Assembly: GCA_043228905.1 (NCBI GenBank)
Contig: JBHGNT010000020.1
Span: forward strand, 8,246,001-8,310,000
Reading direction: 5' to 3'
Source: Azolla caroliniana
Lineage: Eukaryota; Plantae; Polypodiophyta
Length of the DNA: 64,000 bases
Shown one piece after another: positions 61,930 to 64,000 of this stretch. Positions within the stretch are counted from its first letter, which is position 1; each line of letters starts with the position of its first letter. The notes below the pieces were generated by a model. It was not told the origin of the DNA. It did no database searches and worked only from the letters and a program-made list of their open reading frames with translations. The position numbers and the translations under genes were made by a program.

Positions 61930-64000
61930 TGTTAGGAAACATGTCCCTCCGGATGGGCAGTGAGAAGAATTGTGTTGATGAGCAACTCGGCCGAGGCCGA
62001 AACCGGAAATCGTGGAGATAGCCAACATGGAAGGCTAAGTTTGTAAATAGTCGAAAGGTTACATTATTATATAAGTACTTAGGGAAATCATGTTATGTGT
62101 GCGTTATTTGTAAAAAGTTACTGTTGACGAGGTTGTTGCCTCTACAACTGTGAGAGTGAACGAGTATGAATGGAAGCGTGTGAGCTCCATAGCTGCCTGT
62201 TGGCAAAGCAGGATCTCGAGGTCGTTGCCACTGAGATCTCTAATTGTATTCCTTTCTCTCATATAGTGTTCTATTCCGGAGTTTTGTGGACTCCACGTGG
62301 TTTTTCCCTAGTTCGGGTTTCCACGCTAAAATCTGTGTTATTCTCAGTTTCAGTATTCTGTTTTCCCTTTCCATTAGATTGACAATTATTCCACACAAGT
62401 ACAACCGATTGTGGCAGGCAACGATTTTAACTTTGAACTGGTATCAGAGCAAGAAACACAGAAAATGGAAGGAGGCGCGAGCGGCTTCCTAGGTATGATG
62501 GTTCTAAATTCACAGAACTATGCAGACTGGAAGATTAAGATGGAAGACCTTCTCATTGTAAAAGACCTGTACGAGCCAATCAACAGATCGGAAATACCAA
62601 AGGGGGTATTGGAGTCGGATTGGAAGCTTCTAAATAGGAAAGCCATGGCCACTATCCGACAATGTGTCGACGTAAGTGTCCTTCAACATGTGGCGAACGA
62701 CACGAATGCCCACGAGATGTGGCAGAAGCTGTCGGGTGTTTATGAGAGGAAGAATGCGCTCAACAAAACCTCATTGATGAGGAAAATAGTAAACCTGAAA
62801 TACAGAGACAGCAAGAGCATGGTTGAACATGTAAGCACATTCATGGGGTATGTGAATCAAGTTGCGGCGATCAAGTTCCCGCTGGATGATGCAATGCAGG
62901 CAATCATGTTGATGTGTATGTTGCCGGAAAGCTGGGAGAACTTGGTGGTTACTCTCATCACCTCCTGCCAAGAAGAGAACTTGTCTTTGCAGATGGTGAA
63001 GACAAGCATCCTGAACGAGGAGGCGCGTCAGAAGGACAAGGAACCGATCCCCGACTCAAAAGCGCTCCTTTCCGAATCCGAACATGGAAGTCAAAGGAAC
63101 CGGAGTCCCCAGAACCGGGAAAAATCGGGGACACAGTCAAAGTCAAGAGGGAGGCCTACTTGTTTCTACTGCGGGAAGCCGGGGCATTTCCAAAAGAACT
63201 ATCGACATTTCCAGAAAGACAAGGAAATCAATAGTACCGATTCGAAGAAGTCATCGGACCGAAACGATTCAGATCGGTGAGGGCAGGACCGGAAAGGAAC
63301 GACGGCAATCGCGGCAAACGAAGAGGAGCTAATGCTTATCACCAAGGAGAGTGAGTTGAACCTTGCCGACGACGAGATGACCTAGGTAGTCGATTCCGGA
63401 GCGTCGTTCCACCTAACCCTAGATAGAAAATGCTTCTCATCCTACTCGGCCAGTGACAACGGCCGTGTTCGGATGGGGAATGAAGGTACATGCCGAATTG
63501 TCGGCATAGGAGATGTGTGGTTGACGACATCAACCGCATGCAAGATGTTGCTGAAGGATGTTCGACATGTTCCAGAAGGTTCGATTGAACCTAATATCAG
63601 CCGATCGGCTAGATGATGAAGGCTACACGGGTAGCATCCGGAACAGTGTTATGAAGTTCAGCAAAGGGAGCCTGATTGTGGCTCGGGCCCGGAAAGTCAA
63701 CACTCTGTACCTGATGAATGCCCGGTTATGTCCGAACGAAGTGAACGTGGCATCCGACACTGTCGGTGAGCTGTGGCACAAGAGGCTGTGTCACATGAGT
63801 GAGAAGGGGATGAAGAGGCTTGCAGACGACAACCTCATTCCAATGAAGAATGTGCACTTGGAGAAGTGCACTAATTGTCTGGCTGGTAAACAAAACCGGA
63901 CCTCCTTCTGATCGAGGCCAGCAATGAGACGTAATGCACCACTGGAGTTGGTGCATACTGATGTGTGTCAAGTGGACACGAAGTCACACGCCGGATCGCA
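61930..64000 (+). mobile_element. 5' part of a degenerate Copia (LTR 61930-~62436, PBS-Met 62439-62450, gag, protease, start of integrase), running off the window
   Basis: TGTTAGGAAACATGTCCCTCCGGATGG start; ORF 62411-63280 with CFYCGKPGHFQKNY; ELWHKRLCHMSEKG. Confidence 0.93.

Overview
Gene-free, heterochromatin-like plant DNA made almost entirely of nested transposons. The element types suggest a non-seed land plant such as a moss or fern (inference). The backbone is a degenerate Met-primed, chromovirus-like Ty3/Gypsy family (minus strand 5185-50319; another copy at 57462-61929). (1) An ~18.4-kb DNA transposon (14291-32649) has 24-bp GGG..CCC TIRs and a 4-bp TSD. It carries an intron-containing Sola2-type DDD transposase and a convergent coiled-coil/RING-H2 gene, and its non-coding DNA is saturated with a TAGTAC motif, including a ~147-bp intronic satellite. 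(2) A tRNA-Trp-primed Gypsy group includes autonomous-type, gag-only and solo-LTR members. These make 4-bp TSDs centred on CpG and carry tRNA-like Pol III A/B-box modules in most LTRs. (3) Several Ty1/Copia elements are present, one intact with essentially identical LTRs (43764-49238). (4) There is also a hAT MITE, solo LTRs and LINE fragments. No host genes, rRNA, complete tRNA genes or CRISPR arrays were found. All coordinates and alignments were read by eye.
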